Numbered from the stretch's first letter, positions 8,091 to 20,800 are shown. The stretch is 64,000 nucleotides of DNA from an uncultured virus (IMG/VR IMGVR_UViG_3300032093_000120) (IMGVR_UViG_3300032093_000120); one strand, 5' to 3'. The notes: generated by a model not told the origin, from the sequence alone. Program-made: numbers and translations.

Positions 8091-10205
8091 ATGCCATTAC
8101 AAAAACTACAGTTCAGGCCCGGTGTAAACAGAGAGGGCACTACTCTCTCAAACGAGGGTGGCTATTTTGACGGCGACAAAATTCGTTTCCGTTCTGGCTT
8201 TCCTGAAAAGATTGGTGGCTGGCAACGTGACGGCGGTTTAGCCGCTACAACAGAACCCGTGACAACACTTGTGGCTACCAGTGGACTTACAACTGCGGCT
8301 GTGCCACCTAGCGGTGCGTTCTGGGGTGTTGCCAAAGCCATGTGGAATTGGATTAACCTGACAGGCTACAACTTATTGGCGGTTGGCACTAACCTCAAGT
8401 ACTACATTCAGAACTCTAGTGGCGGTTCGTATAACGACGTAACCCCCATTCGCCTAACTAATACAGCGGTAGCCAACGCTTTCACTACGACGGACACCTC
8501 ATCGACTGTGACGGTTAACGATGCTGGACATGGCGCACAGGCAGGAGACTTTGTGAATATTACTAGCGTATCAGGCACTGTTAACGGCATAACCGCTGCT
8601 CAGTTAACTGGAGAGTTCCAAGTCCAGACTGTTACAAGTAACAACACATACACAGTCCTTTCGGGTGGTACGGCAACCTCTACTGGCACATCCGCTGTTA
8701 CTGCAACATTTAACTATCAACTCACTACTGGTAACACAACTTTTACTTACGGTACAGGCTGGGGTGTAGGTGGTTGGGGCGGTGTTACCACAGGGTATCC
8801 AGACACAGGCTGGGGTTCTCCTGCGCCAGCGGGCTTGGGTATTGGTGTGCAGTTGCGTCTATGGAGTCAGTCTAACTACGGTGAAGACTTGGTGTTTAAC
8901 CCCCGTGGCGCTGCTATGTATTACTGGGCTAACAACGCTAACCCAAACATTTACGACCGTGGGCAGATCATTAAAGCAGGCACTGCTGTAGCCACAAAGT
9001 CCGGGTCGTTTACACCTGATGCCACCTGCCCGTCTATTGCTAACTTTGTATTGGTGTCTGACGCTTCACGCTTTACGTTTGCTTTTGGTTGCAATGATCC
9101 AACTGGCGTGTATGCAACGACTGCACAAGACCCTATGCAAGTGCGTTGGTCTGACCAGAATACATTGGTTACATGGTTGCCCCTTGTTACTAACCAAGCA
9201 GGCGGTATCCGTCTAAGCCACGGGTCAGCAATCATCACTGCTATTCAAACTCGTCAAGAGATTTTGGTTCTGACGGATTCAGCCATTTACTCCTTCCAAT
9301 ATCTTGGCGCTCCTTATGTGTGGAACAGCCAGATACTTGGAGACAACATTTCTGTTGCTAGTCCCAACGCAGTATCTACAGTAAACAACGTCACCTACTG
9401 GATGGGTACAGATAAGTTCTATATGTACTCTGGACGGGTGGAAACACTGCCTTGCGCTTTGCGTCAGTACATTTACGGCAACATAAATTTGCAAGAGTCC
9501 TATCAGATTCACTCTGGGACTAACGAAGGCTACAACGAAATCTGGTGGTTCTATCCATCTATTACAGGTACAACCTCTACTGGTGAGAACGGCACAGGAA
9601 CTCCCGGTTCGCCAAACATCTTGATTGACCGCTACGTCATCTATAACCATCTAGAGCGTACTTGGTACTACGGCACTATGAACGGTACGACTGTGCGCCC
9701 CCGCACTGCTTGGTTAGACAGCCCGTTACGTTCCGAGCCTATGGCGGCTATTGGATATACCTCTAGCGGTACTTATACAAATGGTGCGGTGGTGTACCAA
9801 GAAACGGGTGTAGATAACAACGAGACTGGCACTCCAATTGCCATTGATTCTTATGTTCAATCCTCGGACTTTGATATTGGTGACGGTCATAATTTTGGTT
9901 TTGTGTGGAGGCTTATACCTGACATCACATTTGATGGCTCCTCCTCAGCAGCGCCCTCCGTTAATTTCACGGTTCGCCCTCGTCAAAACCCCGGCTCCAA
10001 TTACGGCACCTCAAACAACCCGTCCGTAGAAAGCGCACAGTCTTACGCAAGCACAACGACATACAACGTCCAACAATTTACCCAGCAGGTGTTTGTGCGG
10101 ATACGTGGACGTCAGATGGCGTTTAAGATTTCATCATCAGACCTCGGCACACAGTGGCAATTAGGTGTTCCACGTATTGATGTCAGACCGGACGGTCGTC
10201 GATGA
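8091..10205 (+). CDS. Tail nozzle / stabilisation protein (tubular protein B-like)
   Basis: 704 aa, beta-rich; 'MPLQKLQFRPGVNRE', 'VRWSDQ', C-terminal 'RGRQ...WQLG.PR.DVRPDGRR'; lies before the ejection genes. Confidence 0.6.
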   Translation: MPLQKLQFRPGVNREGTTLSNEGGYFDGDKIRFRSGFPEKIGGWQRDGGLAATTEPVTTLVATSGLTTAAVPPSGAFWGVAKAMWNWINLTGYNLLAVGTNLKYYIQNSSGGSYNDVTPIRLTNTAVANAFTTTDTSSTVTVNDAGHGAQAGDFVNITSVSGTVNGITAAQLTGEFQVQTVTSNNTYTVLSGGTATSTGTSAVTATFNYQLTTGNTTFTYGTGWGVGGWGGVTTGYPDTGWGSPAPAGLGIGVQLRLWSQSNYGEDLVFNPRGAAMYYWANNANPNIYDRGQIIKAGTAVATKSGSFTPDATCPSIANFVLVSDASRFTFAFGCNDPTGVYATTAQDPMQVRWSDQNTLVTWLPLVTNQAGGIRLSHGSAIITAIQTRQEILVLTDSAIYSFQYLGAPYVWNSQILGDNISVASPNAVSTVNNVTYWMGTDKFYMYSGRVETLPCALRQYIYGNINLQESYQIHSGTNEGYNEIWWFYPSITGTTSTGENGTGTPGSPNILIDRYVIYNHLERTWYYGTMNGTTVRPRTAWLDSPLRSEPMAAIGYTSSGTYTNGAVVYQETGVDNNETGTPIAIDSYVQSSDFDIGDGHNFGFVWRLIPDITFDGSSSAAPSVNFTVRPRQNPGSNYGTSNNPSVESAQSYASTTTYNVQQFTQQVFVRIRGRQMAFKISSSDLGTQWQLGVPRIDVRPDGRR

Positions 10206-10864
10206 CACTACCTTTAGAACGCGCCTTTGCGTTAATCCCACCAAATGCGCCGCGCCTACCTGCGGCTCCAGTTGAGTACGACCAGAGATACGTAGATACC
10301 TTAACGGGCATTTTGCGTCAGTACTTCAACACAATTGATAACTTTACGCAGGCATTTTCTTCTGGTACAGGCGGTGCGTTTTTACAGCTTCCTTACGGAG
10401 CGTTTTCCAGCGATCAAGATCAAACAACGACAGCTAATACAGCCACGTTAATGACGCTGAACACAACCGACTTTGCCAACGGTATATCTATTGCCTCATC
10501 TAAGATTACGGTAGCGGTTTCTGGAATCTACAACTTACAGTTCAGCACGCAGTTTCAAAATACGGACAATCAGATTCAAGACATCAGCATTTGGCTAAAA
10601 CAAAACGGCACAGATATTGTTGGGTCAACTGGTTATGTGTCTATCCCCGCCAGAAAGAGTGCGTCAGCGGGCGAGGAGGCGCATGAGATTATTGGGTGGA
10701 ACTACTATGTTAGTTTGACGGCTGGGCAATACATTGAAATTTACTGGTCGGCAACAAATGCGTCTGTAACTATCCAAGCGTATCCCGCTTCCACAGGCCC
10801 GGTCCGTCCATCAACACAGTCTGTGGTAGCCACAATGACATTTGTGTCTGCGCTCTTCCCGTGA
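10202..10864 (+). CDS. Virion structural protein
   Basis: 'PRLP.APVEYDQ' N-terminus and a C1q-like beta-sandwich ('GIYNLQFSTQF'). Confidence 0.5.
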   Translation: MTLPLERAFALIPPNAPRLPAAPVEYDQRYVDTLTGILRQYFNTIDNFTQAFSSGTGGAFLQLPYGAFSSDQDQTTTANTATLMTLNTTDFANGISIASSKITVAVSGIYNLQFSTQFQNTDNQIQDISIWLKQNGTDIVGSTGYVSIPARKSASAGEEAHEIIGWNYYVSLTAGQYIEIYWSATNASVTIQAYPASTGPVRPSTQSVVATMTFVSALFP

Positions 10865-10898
10865 TAAACTCGTTTAAACCACTATTTGCGAGGCAAAA

Positions 10899-12323
10899 AT
10901 GAGCCTACATGATGCTGCCAAACACCTAGCCGCGCACGGACGAGGCGACGATAAAGTCCTTATCCACATGACCAAGGGTGAGGTCAACAGTTTAAACGAC
11001 TTGGCAATGGCTCATGGCGGGCAATTAACTATTAATCCACACACAGGATTGCCTGAAGCAGGCTTCTTGTCAGGCTTGTTGCCCATGATGCTTGGTGCAG
11101 GACTTGCCGCCGCGACAGGTGGATCATCCCTATTGATTGGCGCTGGTATTGGCGGACTACAAGCAGCACGCACTGGAAGTATTAGCAAAGGTTTAATGGC
11201 TGGTCTTGGCGCATTTGGTGGTGCAGGGCTGGCTAGTGGCTTGGCTGCGGCTGGTAATGCAGCGGCTAGTCAAGCAGCATCTGCGGCAAACCCTGCTTTT
11301 ATGGGTCCAATGCCCGGGGCCGCTTCTGGATTAAGCGCTGTACAAGCCGGAGCTACGGGGCTTGGGACTGAAGCAGGACGTAGTGCCGCTTTAAGCGCAA
11401 TGGGTGGCGGAGCAGGCGCAGCAAAACTAGGCGTGATGGCTGCCTCACCAGCATTGGTTGGAGAAACAAAAACACCAACAATGGCTACCCCAGACAAAGA
11501 TATGGGACAGCGCTATAGCTTTACTGGAAACCAACCTCAAGCCACACCCGCGCCAGATGTACCAACATACGACGATATGTTGACAAAACAAGGCAACTTT
11601 GGAGGCCAGCAAAACTATTTTGCCACTCCAACATATACCCCAATTAACCCAACTCAGGCTAAAGACTTGTACCATTTTGCTGATGGTGGTCCGGTTGAGC
11701 AGATGTCTAACCAAGCGGCAATGGGTGCAAACACCATGTACCCAATGGCTAACATGGCAACGTCGTCGTTTGCCACGCCTTATCAGGCTCCTGTGTCCAC
11801 TAATATGCTTGCGCCTACCAGCGATACCCCGGTGGGCATGAACGGTGAGCCTAATATGCAGGGAACCCGTATGGCTGAAGGCGGTTCTGCTGATGAGAGT
11901 TTTCTGTCTGGAATTGCACGTTCATTTGGTGTGCGACCAAAGAAAGAAGATGAAAACCCCGCACTTAAATACGCCTACAACCAAGAACAACAGCAATACC
12001 AACAAATGGCTACGGGAGGTGTCTCCGATGCTCATTACAACCTTGGTGGCTATTCTGACGGTGGTCGCCTCCTTCGCGGTCCCGGTGATGGCGTATCTGA
12101 TTCAATCCCTGCGACCATAGGTCACAAACAACCCGCACGTCTTGCAGACGGAGAGTTCGTCGTTCCCGCCCGTATCGTTTCTGAGTTGGGTAACGGCTCA
12201 ACAGAAGCAGGCGCACGTAAGCTCTACGCCATGATGGATAGGGTGCAGGCCGCACGCAAGAAAACAGTTGGCAAAAACAAGGTAGCGCATAACAGCAGGG
12301 CAGATAAGTATTTACCCGCATGA
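10899..12323 (+). CDS. Internal virion / DNA ejection protein
   Basis: 'GRGDD..LIHM', 'INPHTGLPEA', G/A-rich hydrophobic stretch, 'GPGDGVSDSIPA...ARLADGEFVVPA'. Confidence 0.65.
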   Translation: MSLHDAAKHLAAHGRGDDKVLIHMTKGEVNSLNDLAMAHGGQLTINPHTGLPEAGFLSGLLPMMLGAGLAAATGGSSLLIGAGIGGLQAARTGSISKGLMAGLGAFGGAGLASGLAAAGNAAASQAASAANPAFMGPMPGAASGLSAVQAGATGLGTEAGRSAALSAMGGGAGAAKLGVMAASPALVGETKTPTMATPDKDMGQRYSFTGNQPQATPAPDVPTYDDMLTKQGNFGGQQNYFATPTYTPINPTQAKDLYHFADGGPVEQMSNQAAMGANTMYPMANMATSSFATPYQAPVSTNMLAPTSDTPVGMNGEPNMQGTRMAEGGSADESFLSGIARSFGVRPKKEDENPALKYAYNQEQQQYQQMATGGVSDAHYNLGGYSDGGRLLRGPGDGVSDSIPATIGHKQPARLADGEFVVPARIVSELGNGSTEAGARKLYAMMDRVQAARKKTVGKNKVAHNSRADKYLPA

Positions 12324-12781
12324 GCTACAGCATAACCATTGAGAAGTTCACTGACACGTACTTGGAACTTGAACCCTTGTACCGTCAACACTACTCTGAA
12401 ATGGTTGAGCGTCTTGCAGGTCAAGGTATTGTGTATTCGCCGTACAACCCTAGACTCCATGAGTATGGAGAGGCGTGTAAACGAGGTGATTTGATCACCT
12501 ATGTTTTACGTTTAAACGATAGTGCGTGCGGTTATACAAATGTGTATTTGACTAACGACATGCACAACGGTGATTTGATTTCACAAGAGGACACGCTCTT
12601 TGTGCTTAAGGATCACCGTAATGGCGTTGGTAAAAAACTTGTTCAGTTTGTACTTGAGGACTTGAGGTCCAGAGGTGTCAAACGATTGATGGTGTCGGCA
12701 ATGACCGACTTGCGCGTTGCAAAACTCTGGGGCCGGATGGGCTTTAAAGAGGCTGCAACGCAAATGATCTACGAATTCTAA
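12320..12781 (+). CDS. GNAT-family acetyltransferase-fold protein
   Basis: 'LFVLKDHRNGVGKKLV' (motif A-like) and 'KLWGRMGF' (motif B). Confidence 0.75.
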   Translation: MSYSITIEKFTDTYLELEPLYRQHYSEMVERLAGQGIVYSPYNPRLHEYGEACKRGDLITYVLRLNDSACGYTNVYLTNDMHNGDLISQEDTLFVLKDHRNGVGKKLVQFVLEDLRSRGVKRLMVSAMTDLRVAKLWGRMGFKEAATQMIYEF

Positions 12782-12791
12782 GGAAGACACT

Positions 12792-14870
12792 ATGTGCCAA
12801 TCCCAAGCCCCTACGCAACAGCAGATAGCCAGTACAGAATTACCTGAATGGGCTAAACCGTATGCCAAAGATGTTTTGGCTAAGGGTCAGGCGTTAACTG
12901 ACGTTAACCAGAATCCTTACCAGCAGTACAACGCACCACGCATTGCAGGGTTTTCCCCAATGCAGCAACAGGCTATGCAGAACGCACAAGGCATGTCTGT
13001 CGCACCTCAGGTCGGTGCGGGCACTGCAGGAGCAATAGGTGCGGGACTAGGCGGACTAGATGTTGCCGGTCAAGCCACTACCGGAGGATTCCAGAATCAA
13101 GTCGGTGGGTACATGAACCCGTATCTACAGATGGCACTGGCTCCGCAGTTAGCAGAGGCTAACCGTCAGTACGACATTGGTGCAACTAAACAGCAAAGTG
13201 CCGCCACTCAGGCTGGTGCGTTCGGTGGTTCACGTGAAGCAATCATGGCTGCGGAGAACGAACGCAACCGCAACATGGGGTTACAGAATATTCTTGGTCA
13301 GGGCTATAACCAAGCGTTTGGTCAGGCTCAACAACAATACAACCAAAACCTACAGAATCAACTTCAAGGTTATGGCATGTTGGGTAATGCCGCCAATTCC
13401 CTTGGTCAGTTAGGTCAGACCCAGTACGGTCAGGAGATGGGCATAAACCAATTGCAGGCTCAGTACGGTGGTCAGCAACAGGCCCTACAACAACAGGGTC
13501 TGACACAGGCTTATCAAGATTTCCAGAATCAACAGAACTACCCATACAAACAGTTGGGATTCATGTCAGACATGATCCGTGGCTTACCGCTGGGTCAACA
13601 ATCTACATCTCAGATGTACCAAGCCCCCGGAAGTGTGGCTGGTCAGATCGCCGGCTTAGGCATGGGCGCTTACGGTATGAGCAGAGCATTTGCCGCTGAG
13701 GGTGGCTTAATGGATTCTTACGCCGGTGGTGGAGAGATTGACAGCGCAGGCAACATTGCAGGCATCCTGTCTAAACTCAGCGACCAACAACTCCAGCAAG
13801 CAAAGCAAGCCGCGCTAGGACGCCGTGACGTAGAGCAAGCCAACTTGATTGACCAAGAGATGGCTGAGAGAGCCTCTATGCGCACTGGTGTAAACGCAGC
13901 CCCTGTAAACGCAGATGCTATGGCGTCGGATGAAAACCCAGACAGCATCACAGGCTACGCCACCGGTGGCTCTGCTGTTGAGGCATTAATGAACAGACCC
14001 AAAGAGCCAGAGACACCCGTCGATGAGCAGGCACTAGGTTTACTTGACAAGTTATCTGCTCGCAGCAAACCTGCAATGGACAGTTTAAACGCACAAGTTG
14101 AGAGCATTAAAGGTCGTCCTGAAGAGATTAAAGCGCGTGGGTTGAATGAAGCAATCGCTCAGTATGGTTTTGGTTTTGCACAAAAATCCGCCAAGCCCGG
14201 TGCTAGATTACTTGGTGCCGCCTCTGAGGCATCACCCATCCTTGCTGAGTCCATGATGAACACTAAGAAGTCCATCCAAGCGGCACAGGACAATTACATC
14301 AACCTCAAGATGAATCAGACCAAGTACCAGATTGCTCTAGACAAGGGTGATATGCAAACTGCCGCTACATTGGCTGGTCAGTTGCGTCAAGAGAAACAAA
14401 GCCAGAAGATGCTTGAACTCACAGCCGCGCACTACGCTGATGACTACAAAATCAAGCAGCAGCAAGTTGCCGCAACAAACCGTGCGCAAGGCGCTCCAAT
14501 CATGCAGGTTTATAACGAACTTAAGTCTGATCCTGCCAACAAAAACAAGAGCCGAGAAGAACTCATGGGCTTGGCAAGCAGAGCCGTGAGCGGTGCTCAA
14601 TATGCAGGAGCAGAACAGCGTGGTCTTGCGTCTTACCTCAAAGAGAAAAGTGAGATTGAAAAAGACTTCAAGACACTGCCGCTCCTACCGCCTAACAGCC
14701 CAATGCGTAAGCAAATGGAGGGCGCACGTCAACAGAGACTTGATGATTTAAACAAGATGTATCCCGGAGTTGCAGGCCAAGAAGGCGCTCCGTCTGGTAG
14801 CATCTCATCTGCAGTGCCACAAGGAGGCTCAATGAGCCAAAAAGGGTTTAAACTACTTGGCACGGAGTAG
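12792..14870 (+). CDS. Internal virion / ejection protein (Q-rich)
   Basis: 'LPEWAKPY', 'YMNPY', 'AGAFGGSR', Q/G-rich helical composition. Confidence 0.65.
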   Translation: MCQSQAPTQQQIASTELPEWAKPYAKDVLAKGQALTDVNQNPYQQYNAPRIAGFSPMQQQAMQNAQGMSVAPQVGAGTAGAIGAGLGGLDVAGQATTGGFQNQVGGYMNPYLQMALAPQLAEANRQYDIGATKQQSAATQAGAFGGSREAIMAAENERNRNMGLQNILGQGYNQAFGQAQQQYNQNLQNQLQGYGMLGNAANSLGQLGQTQYGQEMGINQLQAQYGGQQQALQQQGLTQAYQDFQNQQNYPYKQLGFMSDMIRGLPLGQQSTSQMYQAPGSVAGQIAGLGMGAYGMSRAFAAEGGLMDSYAGGGEIDSAGNIAGILSKLSDQQLQQAKQAALGRRDVEQANLIDQEMAERASMRTGVNAAPVNADAMASDENPDSITGYATGGSAVEALMNRPKEPETPVDEQALGLLDKLSARSKPAMDSLNAQVESIKGRPEEIKARGLNEAIAQYGFGFAQKSAKPGARLLGAASEASPILAESMMNTKKSIQAAQDNYINLKMNQTKYQIALDKGDMQTAATLAGQLRQEKQSQKMLELTAAHYADDYKIKQQQVAATNRAQGAPIMQVYNELKSDPANKNKSREELMGLASRAVSGAQYAGAEQRGLASYLKEKSEIEKDFKTLPLLPPNSPMRKQMEGARQQRLDDLNKMYPGVAGQEGAPSGSISSAVPQGGSMSQKGFKLLGTE

Positions 14871-14872
14871 TC

Positions 14873-17800
14873 ATGCCAATTTACAAAATCCAAGCTCCTG
14901 ATGGAAACATCTACAGGATTGAAGGTCCCGCTGGCGCTAACCCAGAAGATTTGTTCCGCACCGTTGCCGAACAAAGACCTATGGCTGCTAAGACAACAGA
15001 GGAGTTGCAGGCAGAGAAGTCCGCACCTACCTCTATTAGTGACCTTGCACGCACCGCAGGCTCCAGCTTTGTTGGGGCAGGTAAATCATTGGTGGACGTA
15101 TTTGGTGCTGGTTCTGATATATCTAGTTACCTTGGCGATGTAGCCCAGAAACTTGAACAAGGTAAAACCCCAGAACGTTTGGCTGAGATGGCTCGCCGTG
15201 CCGAGTTGTCTAAACGTGCTGAGAAAGAAGGTACGTGGGCGCAAATTAAAAGTGGCTTGGCAGGTGTCGCAGAAGCCCCGCTTGAAAGTGTCGTTGGTGG
15301 CGTTTTTTCTTCCGCTCCAACTATTGCCGCAGGTGCCGCCGCCCTAGCCGCTTTACCTGCATCCGCCCCTGCCGCCATAGCCGTAGGTGTTCAACGTGCT
15401 AGTCGGATTTTGATGTCTGCCGCCCAAGGAACTGGTGAGGTCAAGGGTGACATCCATGAGTCAATTAAAAACGCATACAAAGAGAAAAACCCCAACATGC
15501 CGCCCGAAGAGGTGGAGCGTTTGGCAACTGAAGCACAGGCTTACACACTAAAGAACGCACCCCTATTAATTGGTGGTGCGGCATTTGGTGCAATAGATGC
15601 AGTTACAGGATTTGAGAAATCAACATCTCAAGCCCTCAAGAACGCACTTAGCCCTAACAAAACAGCGTTTACCAAAGAAGGCCTTCAGTCCGCTATTGCT
15701 AACCTACCCAAGAAGGCTGTGGAAGCACCGACCTATTTGGGACAAGCAGTTAAGACCGGTATTGGTGAATCTATCCCTGAGGGCTTACAGGGTGGTTACG
15801 GTCAGTTAGCCCAGAACGTGGCTATGTCTCAGGCTGGGTTTGAGACACCGACATTCCAAGGTGTGGCGGGTGCGGCGGCTAGAGATGCGCTAGTAGGTGC
15901 GTTGACCGGAACGGCAATGTCTCCTTTGAGTCATTCTGTTGCTAACGCTGAGTTCCAAGCGGACAAGTACTTACGGGGCGTTCAAGCCCAACAGCAGTTT
16001 GACAAAGAACGTGAAGAGTTTGCTAAGACCCAAGAGCAAACCAAAGAAAACCTTGGTGTAAACAAAACACTGATGCTGGGCTACGAGCCTCCAGCAGAGG
16101 AAGAGAAGTACACCAACCCAGCCGCAACTATTAAGAAGAACGAGTTGATGGCTGACGAGGTTAAGTTTGTAGATACCTACCGCAAACAAAACGGTCTGCC
16201 ACCGCTCAAGTCATATTCCATTGAAGACATAAAAGATGCGATGCCTAATGTTGACCCAGCGGGTGAACAAGGTCGTATTGATTCAATCCTAGCCGCCAAG
16301 TACGGCTACAAGCCTGTGGATGACAACACAGGTAAGCCAGTGAACTACACCGCTGATGACGTCATCTCTGCCGCTGAGGACGAGAAGAACGTTGCTACAG
16401 GCACTAAAGGGTTCAACGATTTCCTAACGCGCACTACAGGTTCTAGTGATTTAAACACTATGACCCAGCCGCAGTTGTTTGCTGCGTACTCTGCGATTAA
16501 ACAGATGCCTGAGTCCACAGAGAAGGTTATCCTTCCAGAGGGCACTGGTGCGTCTAGATTCACAGATAAGCAGTACAAGAAGGCTGTCAGTTGGTTTGGT
16601 CAGACCTTTGAGAGTGTTGACAACAAGCCTTTGTCGCGGGATACCATCATTGGCGACATTCAAGAGGCGACAGGGCTGGAACAGAAGCAAGATGCTGAAG
16701 CCCTTCTAGATACCGCAGTTAAAAACGGCGACTTGGCTGAGACCGAAGAAAGGGTTTTCAGAACCTATGACGCCAACGACAAACTTGTTTCAACGTACCG
16801 GGACAAGGAAAAGGCCGCCGCAGCGGCTAAAAAACAAGGTTTAAACGTTAGAGAAGAAACATTAAGACAGATGATGCCGCCACCAGCGGCAGAGCCAGCT
16901 AAACGCGCTAACCTCCCAGAGGGTTACGCCATGAGCAAGGAGACCATCAAAGAAGGTGAAGTCCCCGTTGGTTTTGACATCTTCCCAGAAGGTAAGGGTA
17001 AGGCTCTCTTTACCGTTCCCACATCAGAGGCGGTACAGGAAAAGATTGACCAACTCATCCCAGCCCGCAAGAAAGAAGCCGCACGCTATCTGTCTTACAT
17101 GGACAGAGACAAGGCTACTTTGCAAAAGGCAAGAGACAGTTTGGTCTCTATGGAAGCACGTGGCGAGGTAGGGTCACAGGCTTATGAACTTGCCAAGACT
17201 AAGTTAGCCAAGCAAGAGAGAGTGCTGGGCAACCGTATTCTCAAGAGCATGGAGCGTATTACGGATTACGAGCAACCGCTCATATCACGTCCGTCTGAGA
17301 AGAAGAAGCAAATCACCCGTGAGAAGATCACGGTAACTAAACAAGGTAAGTTCCTAGGTAGTTTCCCTGATAACGTCAAGGCACAGGAGGCTATCCTTGT
17401 CCAGATGTCGGATCAGGAACTGGCTGACACAGCGTCTGACGGTCGTCTTGGTGCGATTGCTGACCGTGCCGCCAAAGAGATTGAGCGCCGTAAGAGTCCC
17501 ACTGGCATCATGGTCAGACGCACTCCCAAAGCCAAGGAAGAGTTACCACCCCTATCCCCAGAACTCACCGCAGTTGCTGATGAGATTTCTAAGAAGTTAG
17601 TCCCCATTCTTCAGCGCATGGGGTTAGGCGATGTCGGGTTCAAGATTGTTCAGTCTATTAAGAACGGTGGAGAAGGCTCTTACACCAAGAACCTGATTCA
17701 GTTGGCTATTGATGCCGAGAAACCGCTGGAGGTTATGCACCATGAGTCCCTCCACGCACTGAAGGACTTAGGGTTCTTTACACCACAACAATGGTCTACC

Positions 17801-20800
17801 CTAGAGAACCAAGCACAGAAGTCTTGGATCACTAAGTACCTCAAGAACGTACAGGTTGAAGTTGAGATTGATGGCGTGAAGCAGACTATGTCTCGCTATG
17901 ACGCCTATGTGGCGTTGAAGTACACACCAGAAGACATTGTGGAAGAAGCAATTGCTGATGCGTTTGCTGACTTTGCTACCTCCAAGCCGCCGGGCGGAAT
18001 GATCGCTTCCATAATGAAGCGTTTAAACGACCTATTCAAGGCAATCAAGAATGCGTTTAACCGCAGCGGGTTTGAGTCCGCAGAGGACATCTTCACCAAA
18101 GCACAGCGCGGTGAGTTAAAGCCAAGCAATTGGAAGGCTACCCCAGAGGTTAAGGCTCAGGCCGATGCCTATGACCAACAAAACGGCATCCTCCCCTATA
18201 CCTCAGAAGGTCAGATCAAGATTCCGCTAGAAGGCGAAGGTCAGAAGCTGTCCCTCAAGAAGGCTTACAGCGAAAAAGATGTAGCCAGAGAACAGCGTAA
18301 ACAAGAGGCTGGCAAGAAGTTCAAGGTTTTAAAGAATGACCCAATCACTGGATTGCCTTTAAACCAAGACGGCACGGTAACCCTGTACTACCCCACCACA
18401 AATGAGGGCGCACGTGAACTGGCACGCACTAAGAAGTTAGTTGGACATAGCCCAACCGCTAACCGTATCTATCTAACCAATGAGTCTAGTGCGCCAGAAG
18501 TTGCTAAGAATCCAAGCATGATTGAACAGCCATTGGGTGGTGCAAATGTCATGTTGCAAATTGACCCATCTTTCCTTCATCCGTTGGAAGACCATGATAA
18601 AAGCGGTCGTAGGGATTTCTTCATCCCTATTGCTGAAGGTCAGGCATTTGCCAATAAGGCACGTTTAACCAAGCTGTTTACACTGGATGCGCCACGCACA
18701 AAAGGGCTGCATCCTGACCGCACTCTGGCTCAAGTCCAAGACGCCATCACTGACACGGTTGCTAAGTGGAAGAATGCATCTGCACAAGAACGCAGACTGA
18801 TGGCAAGTCAGGCTAAGGCAACGCTGATTGCCCAACACAACGTTACTAGATTGTTTGGTGCTAACTCTAAACTAGAGAAGACCAATATCGGTGACTACGG
18901 TTTGACTTTCAATGGTAAGAAGGTAATGTCTACAGGGCTGGGCTTTGCCTCGGCTCAAAAGATTAATGACCAACAACTTGCTAGTACATGTCCTAAGTCA
19001 GCCATCTGTGAGGCTCTTTGCCTTGGTGAGACATCAGGACAAAACTTGTTATATGGCGGCGAAGGCGAGTTCCGATCTGGCCCGCGCCTATCTCAGTACC
19101 TCAAGACTGAGGCGTTGATTGTTAACCCAGAAGCGTTTACGGTTGCCATGATCAGACAGATTGAGGCGTTCCGTAATGCAGCTAAGGCTGCTGGCAAAGA
19201 AGACGGCGAAGCGGGCTATCAACCTGCTATCCGTTTAAACGTTACATCTGACTTCAAACCTGCCACGTTTGAAGCCATCATTAACATGTTCCCAGATGTG
19301 ATGTTCTATGACTACACCAAGTTAGAGACAAAGCCGATCGCCCCTAACCACCACCTGACCTACAGTTCTACCGGTGCATCTCAAGTTGTTGGAAACAAAG
19401 TCATTTACAACAAAGAGTCCAACTGGGACAACATGGTTAAGAAGTTCCTGTCAAATGGCAAGAACGTGGCTATGGCGTTCACCAGCAGAAATGCTATGCC
19501 TAAGTTTGTTATGGATGAACGTACCGGAAAAACTTTTGAGGTGTGGAATGGTGATGAGTACGATGCTCGCTTCCTTGACCCATCACGTGAAGACGGTGCT
19601 GGATTGATCATTGGTCTAACCAACAAAGACAACACCACCAAACCAGAAGACGCTGCTGAGAAGCACAAAGGGTTCTTCTTGGACTACGACCCCGCACGTG
19701 ACGGCGACACCCTAATCATTCGTAACCAAGACAGTCTGAAGCCGGGTGCGCCAGTAGAGTTTAAACGCAAAGAAAAATTAAGCCTGCGTAGCGCACGGGG
19801 CATGTTTGAGGATGGCTTGATTCAAGAAGTTCCAAACTACAAGGGTAGAGAAAAGGTTATTGAATTACCTATCAAAGACTTCCTAAGACTTGCACAAGAG
19901 GGTGAAGTCAAGGGGAAGCAAAGTGATATTGAAGACCTGTTCAAAGCCGGCACAAAGTTAAATTCACTGCCTTTGTTGATGGCTTACAACAACCAAAAGG
20001 GTGACTTAAAGGTTCAGGGGCATGAGGGACGTCACAGGGCTAGAGCTTTACTTGGTCAAGGGTATGACACCATGCCCGTTAGATTCCTTACGAGCATTCG
20101 CTGGTCTGAACAAAACGACCCAACAAACTTTGATTATGAAAAGAATTGGCCTTCAAAAGTTATCTCTGAGGACAGCGATGACATAAGCATTCCCATGCCT
20201 GTATCCCGTGAGCAATCAATGGAGCCGTACAGCAGTGAGAAGTTAAGCCTACGCAAAGCACCTGATACACCAGCGTTTAAACGGTGGTTTGGCAAAAGCA
20301 AAATAGTCAACCCGGATGGAACGCCTAAGGTGATGTACCACGGAACGTCTAGGGATATAGGTGCGTTCAAGCCTAAACAGGCTGGCGCTATTTTCTTAAC
20401 TGATGATTCCGACTTTGCTGCGCGATTCTCCCAGCGATCAACTGATTTCATGTTGAATGAAATTGCCAAAGGTATAGATTCAAAACCAGACGAAAAGCGT
20501 GCTTTGATTACACGCTTGGTTGATGATGCAGTTGCCAACAAAAAACTGGCAACAAAAGAAAATTCCAACGGGCTGTTTGATACAACTAGAGAAGAGCATA
20601 TTGAAGAGTTTATGAATCGTCCGCTATCCCAATCAATGGGTACGGTCGGTATTGGTAATGCATTGACGCAAGAACTCTCTGATCGCATGCCTTCAGGTCA
20701 AAACATAATGCCTGTTTACGTAAAGGCTGAAAATACTTTTGATTACGAAAATCCTAGGCACATCAAAAAAATCATTGATCATTTCACAGAAATTGACAAT

